Shown here in pieces: positions 27,617 to 39,901 of a stretch of DNA of 64,000 nucleotides (positions within the stretch are counted from its first letter, which is position 1; every line of letters starts with the position of its first letter). The notes under the pieces are model-generated. The model made no database searches and was not told the DNA's origin. It saw only the letters and a program-made list of their open reading frames with translations. Both the position numbers and the translations under genes were made by a program. Origin of the DNA: Heterostelium pallidum (Eukaryota); assembly GCF_000004825.1 (NCBI RefSeq), contig NW_008805072.1, forward strand, positions 620,435 to 684,434. Direction: 5' to 3'.

Positions 27617-28319
27617 TCCTGGAATTTTCAACCTTTTTGTAAGAATGTAAGAAGATTCATCTACCTGTGTGTGATGTTTGTGGAACAGATAATAATTTTT
27701 TTTTTTTTTTTTGCAAAAAAAGATTTGTTGACTCATTATCAGGTATTGGAAGGATTTATATTCCAATCAGATTTAAATTTGCGCGTTATTGTTTTTTTTT
27801 TTTTTTTTTTTTTTAAATTATCCTTGTACTACCATTACTGATAGTCAAGGTGTAGAGCTTGATATTACCCTACAGTTCGTGTTTATTTATTGTTTGAGCA
27901 GTTCAGCCACTGGCCGGCTGAGATAGCCATCATTTTGAGTGAGGATGATGTTCCCATTGATTGATTTGGTTTGGCAGACGGAGTAATTAAGCCACTTAGA
28001 ATTCTAAGCGGGTACGTGTGTAAACCACTCGGTGTTCACCTGTGATAAGCCTGCTAGTTACTGTCGGTGTCAACTTCATGGGGTCCAAGATAGTATTGAA
28101 TACTAGATTAGTACGTGGCGCGCTCCTTTCAAGTCGGGAAAATTTTTGTAAAAACCCGGGATCGATCCCACGACCCAAGTCCTCTAAGGCTTACTAATGG
28201 ACCAACTTGGCCAAAGAGTCTTGGGCACGTTATTGCAGAGGAATCGACGAACAGATCAGAATTAGTTATTATTGGTTACACAAATGCGCGCTTTATGGGT
28301 GATTTGTTTTAAAATTATT
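27617..28319 (-). mobile_element. Putative 5'-truncated non-LTR retroelement remnant(s) (TRE-like) downstream of tRNA-Ser, with oligo(A) tails on the minus strand
   Basis: Oligo(T) tracts at ~27681-27700 and ~27787-27812 on the plus strand give minus-strand A-tails. A GC-richer, ORF-less body lies at 27830-28230, including the palindrome GGGATCGATCCC and the second 39-bp copy at 28180-28218. It sits ~100 bp from the tRNA 3' end. Dictyostelid TRE3-type elements characteristically target that position downstream of tRNA genes. Family assignment was not verified. Confidence 0.3.
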
Positions 28320-28400
28320 CGACACCTGCAGGATTCGAACCTGCGCCCCCGAAGGGATTTGATTTCGAGTCAAACGCCGTAACCACTTGGCTAAGGTGTC
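28320..28400 (-). tRNA. tRNA-Ser (anticodon CGA), 81 nt, long variable arm
   Basis: Minus-strand read is GACACCT-TA-GCCAAGTGGTTACGGC-G-TTTGA-CTCGAAA-TCAAA-TCCCTTCGGGGGC-GCAGG-TTCGAAT-CCTGC-AGGTGTC-G. The 7-bp acceptor stem, D arm, anticodon loop CT-CGA-AA, long variable arm and canonical T-loop GGTTCGAATCC are all present. CCA is not encoded. Confidence 0.9.
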
Positions 28401-29945
28401 TATTGTTTGATGATGGTAAAATTTTAGAAAGCACGCCATTTGGGAGTTTTATAGATTCTATTAATTTGTGAATCTATTGAATATCTAAAAGTGAAATCGA
28501 TAAATGTAATAATTCACAACCAATAATAATGTATTTGGTTTATCGGTTAGATGATATTCTAGAAGTAACACAATGTGGTTGTGGATTATTTGATTTATCG
28601 ATATCACTTTTAGCAGTACCTGTATTATTTTATGAGCTGGTGGTATAATTATAAAGATTGACTTGAATCTATTCAGTATCATAGTTCTTAACAACTCCAC
28701 AATTCTCTAGCACTTCAACTTTGTCTTTTCTGAGTTTCAAACTACTATCAACCAATCATATCAGATTCAGCATGAATTCCAATACTCTTAGTTATTTATC
28801 TGGAATGTTATTTATTAAAGATATAATTATTGTTTTGGGGAGATATTAATATTCTTATTTGATAAAATACTAATAATAAATAAGAAAGTTAGGTAAATAT
28901 CTTGCATTTTTACTTGACCAGCAGCAGAAGTAGCAAATGTCACTCCACTACCACTACTCCAGCAACATCAAATATATGAAACTGTAAAATATATAAACGA
29001 TCTATTATAATTCCAAACTGCAATTCCAACAACAGTGGTCACCTCAATCTTGTAGCAGTCTTTCAACCAAAAAACTCGAATAACTAAGCTCTCATCAGTG
29101 GGTTCACTGATCGAGACATGTCGTCACGCTTGATAAGAGAGGCGATGGATCACAATCAATGACAACAAGTTATTTCAGACCATGGAAAGAAAAAAAAAAG
29201 GACGAACCAATTGAAATGGATCACTTGGAATAGCTTGATTGTAATATTGGAAAATAGAATAAAAATACAAAGTAACCAGTTGTTAATATTAATTAAAGAT
29301 ATAATCAAATAGTAAATAAATAAATGAATTTAAGAATAACTAAATTTAATATAAATAAAATTAATATTACAAATTGATAAAATGTATCAACAAAATAGAT
29401 CTAAATAGATTATTTTGATTCTTTATTTTAAGGTGAATCAAAATTTCATTGATATGATTCACGATTTATTGGAATTGAATGACAATGTCAAGTGTGGGTT
29501 TCTTCTGATGGTTTTTGTTTTTTTGCAAATTAAGACAATATTTAATATATTGTTATTTTTGAGTGTATCAAATAAGTTGACGTTTATTAAATTCAAACTT
29601 TAAGATTATTATGCAAATAAATTCTTCTATTAAAGATACTTTGTTTATTTTACAAAGTTGTTGAACAGATATTTATTAAATAAATGAACTAAATTTCATA
29701 ATTTTTAATTTTTTTGATTATATATTTTTTTGATTTATTTAATGTTTGATGATATTGTATTGAGTTGAGTGCTATGAAATTGATTTAATTTATAATTTAT
29801 AGACAGCTACGCACTTCAAAATCAAACATCTATTAGTCAAGAGTTACTTTTGTTTCCATCTATATACAATCGCAATAGATGGAGAAAAATAGTAAAACAT
29901 AAAAATAAAAAAATTTACAAATAAATTGGTTATAATTTTTGTATT

Positions 29946-30176
29946 TTTTATTTCAAATTTACTTACAAACTTTCTATATATATATATATATATAGTTTAA
30001 AGTTTAATAAAAATACACTAATTATTAATCATACACTCTATTTTTAATATTACAAATAAACACTAAGTTTATAAATATATAAACAATAATAATAATGAAT
30101 ATTAATTAATATTAGTGTATGTATATTAAACTTTAAACTATATGTATATAGAAAGTTTGTAAGTAAATTTGAATTA
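29946..30176. repeat. ~230-bp AT-rich palindrome: ~65-bp imperfect inverted-repeat arms (29946-30022 / 30111-30173) around an ~88-bp spacer
   Basis: Left arm is caaatttacttacaaactttctatatata..tagtttaaagtttaataaaaatacactaat. Reverse complement of the right arm is attagtgtatgtatattaaactttaaactatatgtatatagaaagtttgtaagtaaatttg. Arms differ only in the (TA)n tract and 3-4 substitutions. Confidence 0.7.
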
Positions 30177-30423
30177 AAATAAAAAATATACTATATGTAT
30201 AAAAAACCATTAAGTAGTTGATAGTATAGTTGAAAATCTCAACTCCATTAGCGATTATTTTTTTAAAAAATGATTCATTCAAACTCTTTTTTACAAGATT
30301 GTGTAAATATTATGAATGATCGTCAGTAAAGAAAGAGTGTACTTTATTTAATTAAATCTTCTTTAGAGTGTACTTTAATTCTATTTATAATATTATTGGT
30401 AAAATATACATGATTCATTAATT

Positions 30424-31083
30424 TTATGTTCGTATGGGACACTTGATAGAGAGTACTCCATTACAAAAAAAATGTTCTGTCTTTCCTACATCTGCATTAA
30501 GTGGTAGGATAGCTTCAATCTGAAAACTACCATATTTCCTTTTACCAGATAAAACTGAGACTTCGGATAATGATGAATCTTTCTTTTTTTCCCCAGATAT
30601 AACATATTTACAAACATCATCAGTCTCTATATTAAAATCTTTAGGTTCAATCCCAGGCAGATCTGCTTTGATCAAATATGAATCGTTCGTCATATAGACC
30701 TCTGCAAATATCCAGTCACAATTGATCTCTAATCTGACTAGAGGCTGTATTTGTGGTTGAGGTGTTTCGTTTGTTTTGGCTTTTAATTTCTAAAATAAAA
30801 ACATTAAAAAATAATTAAAAAAATGTTTTTAAACTATAATAATTAAAATAAATATTACTTTATCCTTATGTTGAGCTGCTTTTTTAGATTGCGCTGATGT
30901 GTTTGTAAACGATGGTGTTGATGGTGATGATGGTGATGGCAATGATTTCTTCTTGCCTGAATTAACATTATCCATTATTCTTTGTCTATTATCTTTAAAC
31001 AATCCCACTAGAGTCTCCAAGTCGGTTTCATTCCAATTTATTGAATTCCCCCCACAATATCCGGTTAAATTGTTTTTTTCCTC
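30424..31083 (-). CDS. Small heat-shock protein, alpha-crystallin/Hsp20 domain (exons 30859..31083 and 30424..30789; likely the 3' part of a longer gene)
   Basis: Encodes ..LVRLEINCDWIFAEVYMTNDSYLIKADLPGIEPKDFNIE..GKRKYGSFQIEAILPLNADVGKTEHFFCNGVLSIKCP, the ACD beta2-beta9 pattern (Y.I..DLPG..KED; GVL.I). An upstream exon (..MDNVNSGKKKSLPSPSSPSTP..AQHKDK) is joined via GAT AAA|gtaata..ttttag|AAA TTA in phase 0. Track ORFs 30424..30693 and 30829..31020 are parts of these exons. Confidence 0.75.
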
Positions 31084-31158
31084 CTTTAAATGTTTAAAAA
31101 AAAAAAAAAAAAAGTTAAAATAAATAATAATATTATTTTAAATTATAAAAAATACATA

Positions 31159-32591
31159 CAGAAGGATTTATCAATAAAACATTTATATACGCTGGTAGTG
31201 AACCTTCTTTAGTTGAATTTGGTTTTCTCTTTTTGGTATCGCCACCTTCACCGCCAACTGGATCATCATTCATTTTTGCCGGAACTAAACCTTGCTTCTC
31301 AAGTTCTCTCATATCTTCTTCTATCCATTGATTGATTTTCCTTCCCTATTTATATATTATGGTTTAGTATTTTCTTTTGATTTGATTATTTTTGATTACT
31401 TACTAAATGGTTATCTCGTAGATGATATTTTGGTAATACTTTATTATAATATAATGCCCACCACCTATCCTTTACTTCTTTGTTGCCTGGCTTCAGAACG
31501 AACCAAGTCTTATAAGCTGTTCGGGCGACATCTTCTTTTTCTTTAAGCGTTACTTCTCCTTCGTTTTGATTGTCTTCCTCTTTAGATGGGGGAGTGGAAC
31601 TAGTTAGTGATGCGGTAGAGAGAGAAATCGGTGTAGATGAATTTGATGAACAGTGAGGTGATGGTGATGAAATTGGTGAAGGTGGAGTTTGGGCGGTTGA
31701 CGTGTGTAATTGTGGAAAATTAAAATTGACTTGATTGGAACTTATACTGTTACCAACTGAATTGCCTTGGAGATTTAACGTACTTGATGATTTATTAATT
31801 GTTATCGTATTTATTTTATTACCTGGAGCACTGGAGTTATTTGATTGTTGTGATTGTTGTATGTTGTGTGATTGATTTGATTGTTGACTAATATTATTTT
31901 GTTGACTATTTATATGATTGCTTGGTAATTTTTGATGGAATGTACTTAGATTTGGAGATGACTGGGAGTGATAACTATTATATAGAGAGGGTGGTATAAA
32001 CTGTGGTTGTATTGAAATGCTTGTACTAGAGTGTTGTGATGGTGGTGTTGTCATGGTTTTAATAGAAGAATATAGATTAGTATTATTGGAGAAAGATACA
32101 GGAGGTGTCATTGTATGTTGGAATGTTGGCGCTTGTTGTTGTTGTGGTGCTGGTTGATGTTGTTGTGGAACTTGTTGGACAGGGCTCTGCTGTGGAGGTG
32201 CAGGACTCGAAAAACTGTCCATCGCCCCATGGTTATTATTGCTATTATTGTTGTTTTGGGTTTGAACATTGTTGATATTGCCAAAGTAGTTTTCAACAGA
32301 ATATGTATCCGAGGGGCTCATAAAATTTGGTTGACTATTGTCATATATTAAGGAATTTGAAAATCCAGTGGGAATGGATTGCGTGGAGTACATATGACTT
32401 TGAAGATTAGAAACGAATTGTTGATTGAGATCTGGCGGAGAAAAAAAGTATGAATTGGGTTGAGGTGGCGTTTGCATTATTGATGGCGATGAATTGGTCA
32501 GAGGCATTGAATTATTCATAAATGAATTGTTGGGTGGGCGATACATCATTTCAGCTCCAGTTTGTATGTTACTGGTTGCGTGTGAGTTCAT
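31159..32591 (-). CDS. Q/N/S/P-rich low-complexity protein ORF (31404..32591, true ATG at 32591) plus 62-codon exon 31159..31344; probably the 5' exons of the Hsp20-domain gene
   Basis: The 401-aa ORF ends in a structured segment, ..EGEVTLKEKEDVARTAYKTWFVLKPGNKEVKDRWWALYYNKVLPKYHLRDNHL, then GTAAGT. A 59-nt intron joins exon GRKINQWIEEDMRELEKQGLVP..AYINVLLINPS. That exon joins in phase 0 (gtatgt..aaag) to the Hsp20 exons. All junctions are in frame. Coding-like composition continues upstream of every internal Met, which supports the joins. Separate genes cannot be excluded. Confidence 0.5.
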
Positions 32592-35500
32592 ATGATGAAA
32601 TTATCTAATTCTATATAAATATTAAAACAATATGATGCCAACAACAAATATGGAAATTAATAAATGATGATTATATTTGTTTGGTTTGTGTGGGGTACTT
32701 GAGATAAAATTTATCGTGAATGTCAATTGTTAGATTGTAGACTGTGTGATTAATATTTACAATAAATCAAACACTAAAAATATAAATATTAGGTCCACTT
32801 GCACTACAAAATAAAAATATCTATATTTTAAAAAAAAAAATAGAAAAAAATACAAACAAAAAAAAAAATACAATTTGAGATAATAAATCGAAAGTATTTG
32901 CAAGACACCTTGAGATGACAGTTGTTTGCTTGTTGTTTCTTTTTAAATTTGGTTTGGATATTTTTGAACTCTTTCGTTTTTTAAAATTTAGTGTGGTTGG
33001 GGTCTGATTATTTGAGGTGTTGTTTTTTTAAGGTTTTTGATATTTTAAAGGATCAACAACGGGACCGAATGATCTACAAAAATAAAAAAAATTAAAAAAA
33101 AATTTTTAGTAAAAGTGATGCATCGTCGGAGCTTTTGATAAAGTTTCAAAAGACCAATCTGATATTTTTCTAGTTTATATTTTATTGGGTGATTTAATTT
33201 TATTTGAAGAAAAAAGTCCAAAGATATTTTAAAGTAATCGATGCCGAGTATAAAGTATTAAAAATAGTTTTTATTTGAACATATATAGATATAAATGGTT
33301 TTACAATTTTCCAATTCATACCTTTATGAAATGGAATGTTAAAAAGTGTAATCCGATATCTATTTAAAAATTTAAATTTATCGGTTCTTTGGACACAATT
33401 GTGGTGATTTTAAATTCTTTTGTTTTTATTTTTTTACTTACTATGAATGAATTCAAACTAACATTTAAGTAGATAGAAGGAGATTATTGTTTGTCTTGGA
33501 AATATTAAAAAAAAGAAAAAGAATCCATATAATTTTAAATTTGGTTTTAAAATAATCTGTTTTGATGATGATATAAATATATATATAAGATTCAGCAAAC
33601 AACCAATGTGCTGCTTAAAAAAAATATTGCTCTTAAGAATATGAGGTTTTTTTTTTTTAAAAGAGTGGGAGGTGGTGGCTAAAGGAACTATCAACTTTTG
33701 AACCAAATGAAACAATACTATTGCTCCAGTTAAATTAAAAGTACAAACTATGAAATGCAACTGATTCTAAATCTCCAACATTAATCAGAGGTATTATTCT
33801 AGATATTATTGGATTTGAATATAAATTGTTTGTTTGTACAAACACAAAATCAAGTAGTAGTGGAAGCAACAGACAATAAATACATTATTAACAATATGAG
33901 TGTAGTAGTTATAAAGAGGTTACTATTTATATTGGTATTGGGTGGGGTTTTATTTTTTATTTTATAATATTATCATTTTGGTTAATAATAATTATTTTTT
34001 TCACAATAATAATAAAGTGAATTTATATCAGAAACTATCCTCTTGATCATGAAATAAATGATCCTAGATTTTAATGTGCATTCCAAATAGAAGGGTGATC
34101 ATATGAAATAAGGGTTTGGAAACTATAGAAGTTGTAGCAGATATATGATATCAGTGTGTTGAAGTGAAGTGATGGTTTATATTTATATTTGATTTTAATT
34201 TTATTTATTATTTTTGTTTTTTTTTTTTTCATTTCTTTTAAGTGAGGAGAGTAGATGTGAATTTGGTAAGGAAGGGATTTCAATACAGATATATGAAATC
34301 ATATGTGTGAATGTGTGTGTTGATAAAACTAAAACTACACACCTATCACACCAACACAAACTGTAGAGCAAATCAGTTTCACAGTGTACATTGTGGGTGG
34401 GTGGAAGTTAGTGAAAAAAAAAATGTGAACATTTGTTTTGGTTATGGATTTATCTTTAAAAAAAAAAAAAAACAAAACAAACCAATTTGAATGTAAATAT
34501 GAATGAGTTTGTAGATATGATATAATACTGTCAAAATAATCTGTGTATTTTTACATTATAAGATAATTGTTATTAATTGAAAAAATATCAGATTTCATTT
34601 AATAGATATTTGAAATTATATGGCAATTTTTGTTCTATATAATTTAGGTAAATAAATATCCTATTTGAGCTACTTTTGAAGTGATAAAAAAGAAAACTAC
34701 TTTTCTAGATAAAAGAGTTATCATTTTTTTTCAAAATTATTTTTATTGGGATTGTATAAACCATTCGTATCCTAATTATTTTTAATATTTAGATAATGGA
34801 TTGTTGTTTTTTCTATAGTTTTTTAAAAGATAAAAAATATTGAATTTTTTGAAAATCTTACATACTGGAAAAAATAAAGAAAACACAAATCCATAGGATT
34901 AAAAGAATCTCGAATAAACCATAAACTATTGAAATCGATTTTTTTCAATTAAAAAGAATTTAATTTATAATATCTCCTCTTTCAACTAGAAAATGATAAA
35001 CTCTTTTCTTATCAATGATGAAATATAAAAATAATAATTAGATTTGGAACTCTTAAATTTTTGATTAATTAAAAATGAAAATAGTATTCATTTTCATATA
35101 GATCACACATGAATTTTCATTCAATTCGAATAAGCATAATAATGAAATTATAATATAATTGGTTTTTTTATTTGTTAGAAAAAGAAACAAAAACAAATGA
35201 ATGATGTTGTTCATAATGATGATCAAAAACAAAAATAAAAAAAGAAAAAGAAAAGAAAAGAAGGGTATGGGTCATGTTATCTAGCATTTTTTAATATTGT
35301 TCATTGATTGTGGTTAAAGACACTAACTTCACAACACCCCATTAATTTGTTTTTATAAAAAAAAAAAAAACAAACAATCATAATCAGCTTTAAAGTGTTA
35401 AAACAAATAATAGCTATTACTATTAAAGAAATAACAACACTGAAGTGTGGGCAACAACTCATATGAAGTTATTATGATTATTAATATCAAAATATTTTGG

Positions 35501-35910
35501 GAGATCAAAGAAAAGTGCAATAAAAAAAAAAACGATTCGTGAATGCACCAACAATAAAAAAGCACACAATTCCAAACTTAAAGTAAATCGATTCATATTT
35601 ACAATTATCTTCATACTCTAACTATAAATTTTAATGTATTTTTATACTGAAATACTATTTAGACTAAGGTAATTAAGAATGGATCAAAATACTTCCTGGA
35701 AGCTACCCCGAGGTAACAAATAGTACCCGTGAGGAACTCTTTATAAACATGATTAAAAAAATGAATTTCATTAATACCAATACATAATTCCAAAAAAGAA
35801 ATGATTTTTAAAATTTTGGAGTTGTCATAGTCAGTAACATGATTCAAGTAAGTTTGTTTCACTGATTAGTTGATATGGATATTTGTTTATTCATGTATAT
35901 TATATTCCTT

Positions 35911-37910
35911 TTATTGTTTAGCATAATACATTGGTCCAATATCTGGGTGCGGCTATATTATAAAGATATCAATAATTAATTAATTGATGGTTTTAAAAAA
36001 AAAATAGATAATAATAATAATAAAATAAAAATACTTACCACTTCTGAAAAGGTTGTAAACTTAAGAGTGTCTTTACCGAAGTTGATATAAGCACCGAGAT
36101 TACCTGATTGATCACAATAGTTTGGAGCAGAGAAGATAGTGATGATCGATCCTTCATCATCGATTTGATAACCATTTTCCTTGACCTCATGAGATCTAAT
36201 AACACCACCTGTTTATATGAACAATTAATTAGTTTGTTAGATATCAGCTGTAGAAGAATAGTAGCGAGTAAATTAGATATTTTTTTTTTTTTTGTTGTAC
36301 ATACAAAGATTATTCTCTTTTAAGAATTTTCTTGTGACATCTGGACCGAAATAAACACCGACACCTCTCGAACTTGGTAAGATACCTGGATTTTGTTGTG
36401 GGTCGGACCAGAGCAAGCATTGGAGCAAAGCATTGTCGTTCGAGTCTGGCGATGCTCTGTTAATCTTTCTGATATCGTCTAGTGTTACACCATCTCTATC
36501 AAAGAGGCCACCATGTACAACCAAATAGGAGTTGTCGAGAACAAATGCCAATGGGAACCATGAGAAGAGCTCAGCAAAGAGGTCGTATACCATCTCAGAG
36601 TATTTCGCTACGACCTCACCGTGGAATCCGTAGAAACGATTCATCTCAATCGATTCATGATTACCACGAGTCAAGTGCATATGATCTGGATATAACAACT
36701 TGAATGCTAAAAGTGTAACAATAACCTCCAAACTGAAACTACCTCTATCAACAAAATCACCATTGAAAAGATATGGTTTTTCCTATCGAAAACAAATATA
36801 TAGATAAATTAATAATAGAGTACTAGCTATATACAACTAAACATATTTAAGTAATGACAAACCTTTGATGGTAATCCATTTAACTCGAAAATGTGTAATA
36901 AATCATAGAATTGACCATGAGTATCACCACAAACAGTGATGTTTTGTGTAGTTTCATGATCAATGTCGACCAAAGATGGAAGTTTAGTGAAAAGATCAAA
37001 TGATTTCTTTAGTATTTTAAGAATATATCTAGTAAAAATAAATTGAAACAATAGTTAGCAATCAAGATGGTGTAGGCTTGTAATTATAAACATACTTTTT
37101 GTGAATACTCTTTTGTGACTTCATATATTCGATCATATCTTTTACAAATTCCAATGTAATATCTTCACCAATGAAATGTGGTCCTTTATATGATTCATCT
37201 ACAGCTATAAATATAAATATAGAACAAATGTTAGTATAACTTTACTTAATAATGATGATGTTATTTACAACTGATTAATTAAAAACAAAAAACAAAAACT
37301 TACCCATTGATTCGTAATCCAAGTTCTTGAATGCACTCTCTGCACTGAATTGAATTGCATCTTCGAATGCCTTTCTTTGGATGAGTGCACTCACGGTCTT
37401 TAACTTTTGACGACCCTCGTTGTCATTCGGGAATTTCTTTACGACGGTTTGAAAGTTGATCTTGGCGTCTTGGTAGTGACCCAATGCCATGTTGGCAGAT
37501 CCCAATCTGTAGTAACCCTTCACGTACATTGGGTCCAACTCGGTTGCTTTCTTGGCATCGTCGAGTGCCGATACGAACAACTCCTTCTTGAAGTAGCTGA
37601 ACGAACGATTCGAATAGAGAATGGCAGTTGGATGGTATTCGATGGCCTTTGAATACTCGTCGACCGCAAGATCAAACTTTTGGTCACCAAACAGCTTGTT
37701 GGCCTTTGCCTTGTATTCGTCTGACTTTTTGAGACGCTCCTCCGCCGAGAGTGTAGATGGATCGACAAAGTTTGGATCGGTCTTCTCCTGGTGGTGCGCA
37801 CCACTGCCGTTAGAAGCAGTGGTGTTAGTCGACTCTGGTGATTTCAAAGAAATATCAGAGTTGGCTTCTTTCTTTCGTTGTGGAAATTCAACAACATTTT
37901 GAATTGGCAT
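35911..37910 (-). CDS. Serine/threonine protein phosphatase 5 (TPR + PPP catalytic domain; exons 37304..37910, 37096..37204, 36863..37028, 36305..36782, 36039..36208, 35911..35952)
   Basis: N-terminal TPR repeats (..YSKAIEY..AILYSNRSFSYF..; ..MYVKGYYRLGSANMALGHYQDA..). Collinear with human PPP5C through ..DYESM|AVDESYKGPHF..SIHKK|YILKIL..ITVCGDTHGQFYDLLHIFELNGLPSK|EKPYLFNGDFVDRGSFS..LRGNHE..VVHGG..LWSDP..GVYFGPDVTRKFLKENNL|C|GVIRSHEVKENGYQ..FSAPNYCDQSGNLGAYINF..FSEV|PHPDIGPMYYAKQ*. All five introns are canonical. The terminal 42-nt micro-exon encodes the conserved C-terminal segment. Confidence 0.9.
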
Positions 37911-38851
37911 CCTTATTACACTTGTTGTTCTATTTTGTTTTACTTTGACAAAACAACCAAACTACTCTTTTTAAAATACTGCTATACTACTAATATTATT
38001 TATTATTACTTTAATAACTTTTTTATCTTTTTAAGATTGAAAACTAATATGTTTATTAATAATCAATTATAATCTCGATATGATTAGTTATTTTGTTAAT
38101 ATGATGATACAAAGATATTGAACTAATAATAATTTTAATTTTTTTTAAATTTCCTTGTATGATTTTTTTTTTTTTTTTTCAAATTTTTTTTTTTTTTCAA
38201 AGTTAATTTTTTTTTATCTTAAAACTATAGATTAAGTGTTATCCATTTGGTAAAGATCAAAATCGATATAATAAAAAGATTTGAAATTTAATTATAAATA
38301 TGAAAGTAATTTAATAATAATAAAAAACCTTAAAAAGAAATATTTTTTTTTTCGACAAGAAAAATTTAATTATTTATTAAATGTAATTGGAAAATCAACA
38401 AAATATATGATGGATATATTTGTGTTTTCAAAGATTGGTTTGTTTTGGTTGGTTTAGAAACAACTCTCAGAGCTATTACTAATTGATACAATAATTATCA
38501 TAAACTGATTTCAATGGCAGTTTAAAATGATAAGTTTTATAATTGAAATAATAATAATATTTAATAATGATAAGAATTACAATGATATTTTGTAGTCTAG
38601 TCAATATTATTATTAATACTTAATTACAGAGTTGATTTATATAATGTTACTATTTACTATAGTGTGAGGTCTGTGACATGGAATCTTCCTCACGATCGGA
38701 TGTTTTTTTGGTTTTTGTGATGAGATTGTAGATTTGACGATTTTTGGTGTTAGTTGGTAATGGGCGATTGCTGAGTGAAAAGTTGAGGAAAATTTAAAAA
38801 CTGGTATAATATCTAGGGGAAAAAAAAAATTAAAATAAAACAAATTGTTGA

Positions 38852-39901
38852 TTAAAATGATTTGGTCGATGATGCCCCACTATTTAAAACGAAATTGATG
38901 GCGGTTTTTGAGAAATCGGATGATGAGTTGTTGTGGATTGGACGTGATTGAATAATTTGTGATTGTTGTTGTTGTTGTTGTTGATTGGTGTAGGTTTCAT
39001 TTTGAAGGACATCACAGAGCAGTGAAAGTGGATGATTGGCCACATGATTGGGGGAGGTTGCTGGTGCACCGGAAACAGAAGATAATTGTGGTGTTGAACT
39101 TGCGGATTTGGACTCTGGACTTTGTGCTTTGAAAGTTGTAGATGGTGTTGGGGAGCTGGCAGTGTTGGTGTCTGGTACTAAACCAAAACTTCCAGTGCTG
39201 TTTGCCAAGGCTGGGATTGAAGCAAAATTAGAGGATGAAGACGATGGCGAGGTGAGAAAATGTAAACTTGGGGATGATGGTGGTGATGATGGTGATGGTT
39301 GACCTGAACCAAAATATGGTTGCTCATTACTGAACAGATCGATGGTTTTGTTTTTTAATTTAAAATCTAATGGTGGAATTGTTGGTTGTTGTTGATTGTT
39401 GTTAACGGATTGTACTACTGGTGAGTTGGATGGAGTCATGGCTACTGGTGATGCTGGTGGTGAGTTGGTTGGCGAGGTTACTTGGTGAATGGTGGAAATG
39501 AGACCTTGGTAGGCTGTGGCTATGGAGTTTTGGGCGGTTTGAATCGATGAGGCACTGGCAGAGATTATGACATCGATCTGGTGTTGTTTGTGGTCGAGTT
39601 GCGATTTGAGCGAGGTCAACTGGTGGATATAACTCTGAGGAATTCGAGTGTCTTGCTCTAGAATGGCGACTTTGAATAGAGCTTCTTTCAAGTCTTTCTC
39701 GAGCATCGAAATTCTCGATTGATAGGAATCCAAATTTTGCTCCAAGTTGCCAATCTCTGAGACTTGTCTGATTGACTCTAACTTCTTTCTCTTTCTATAT
39801 TCAGCATTTTGTTGTCTTATCTTTTCCCTATTCTCTGGCTTGCTTCTATACTTTTGCATATAGACACGGCATGCCTCACGATGTTCTTCTGAACTTAACA
39901 T
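38852..39901 (-). CDS. bZIP-like transcription factor (basic region + leucine-zipper heptads), S/P/Q-rich C-terminus, single exon
   Basis: True ATG at 39901. Basic segment EKIRQQNAEYRKRKKLESIRQ is followed by heptad-spaced Leu/Ile (L-x6-L-x6-I-x6-L..). The remainder is low-complexity Ser/Pro/Gln. The call rests on motif pattern only. Confidence 0.5.
   Translation of the reverse strand: MLSSEEHREACRVYMQKYRSKPENREKIRQQNAEYRKRKKLESIRQVSEIGNLEQNLDSYQSRISMLEKDLKEALFKVAILEQDTRIPQSYIHQLTSLKSQLDHKQHQIDVIISASASSIQTAQNSIATAYQGLISTIHQVTSPTNSPPASPVAMTPSNSPVVQSVNNNQQQPTIPPLDFKLKNKTIDLFSNEQPYFGSGQPSPSSPPSSPSLHFLTSPSSSSSNFASIPALANSTGSFGLVPDTNTASSPTPSTTFKAQSPESKSASSTPQLSSVSGAPATSPNHVANHPLSLLCDVLQNETYTNQQQQQQQSQIIQSRPIHNNSSSDFSKTAINFVLNSGASSTKSF

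Noticed and set aside
27557-28218. The two 39-bp elements and the flanking TTCGAATCC box as additional tRNA genes
   Set aside because: They cannot be folded into a cloverleaf. The D-stem partners do not pair (GCC..GCC). The T-loop-like TTCGAAT lacks a 5-bp stem. The GGGATCGATCCC palindrome has no loop. Only 28320-28400 is a complete tRNA.
33458-34283. Track ORFs 33458..33760(-) and 34071..34283(-) in the 32.6-35.9 kb spacer
   Set aside because: They are K/F/I-rich translations of AT-rich low-complexity DNA, with no coding-like composition, no motifs and no splice partners. They are treated as intergenic.
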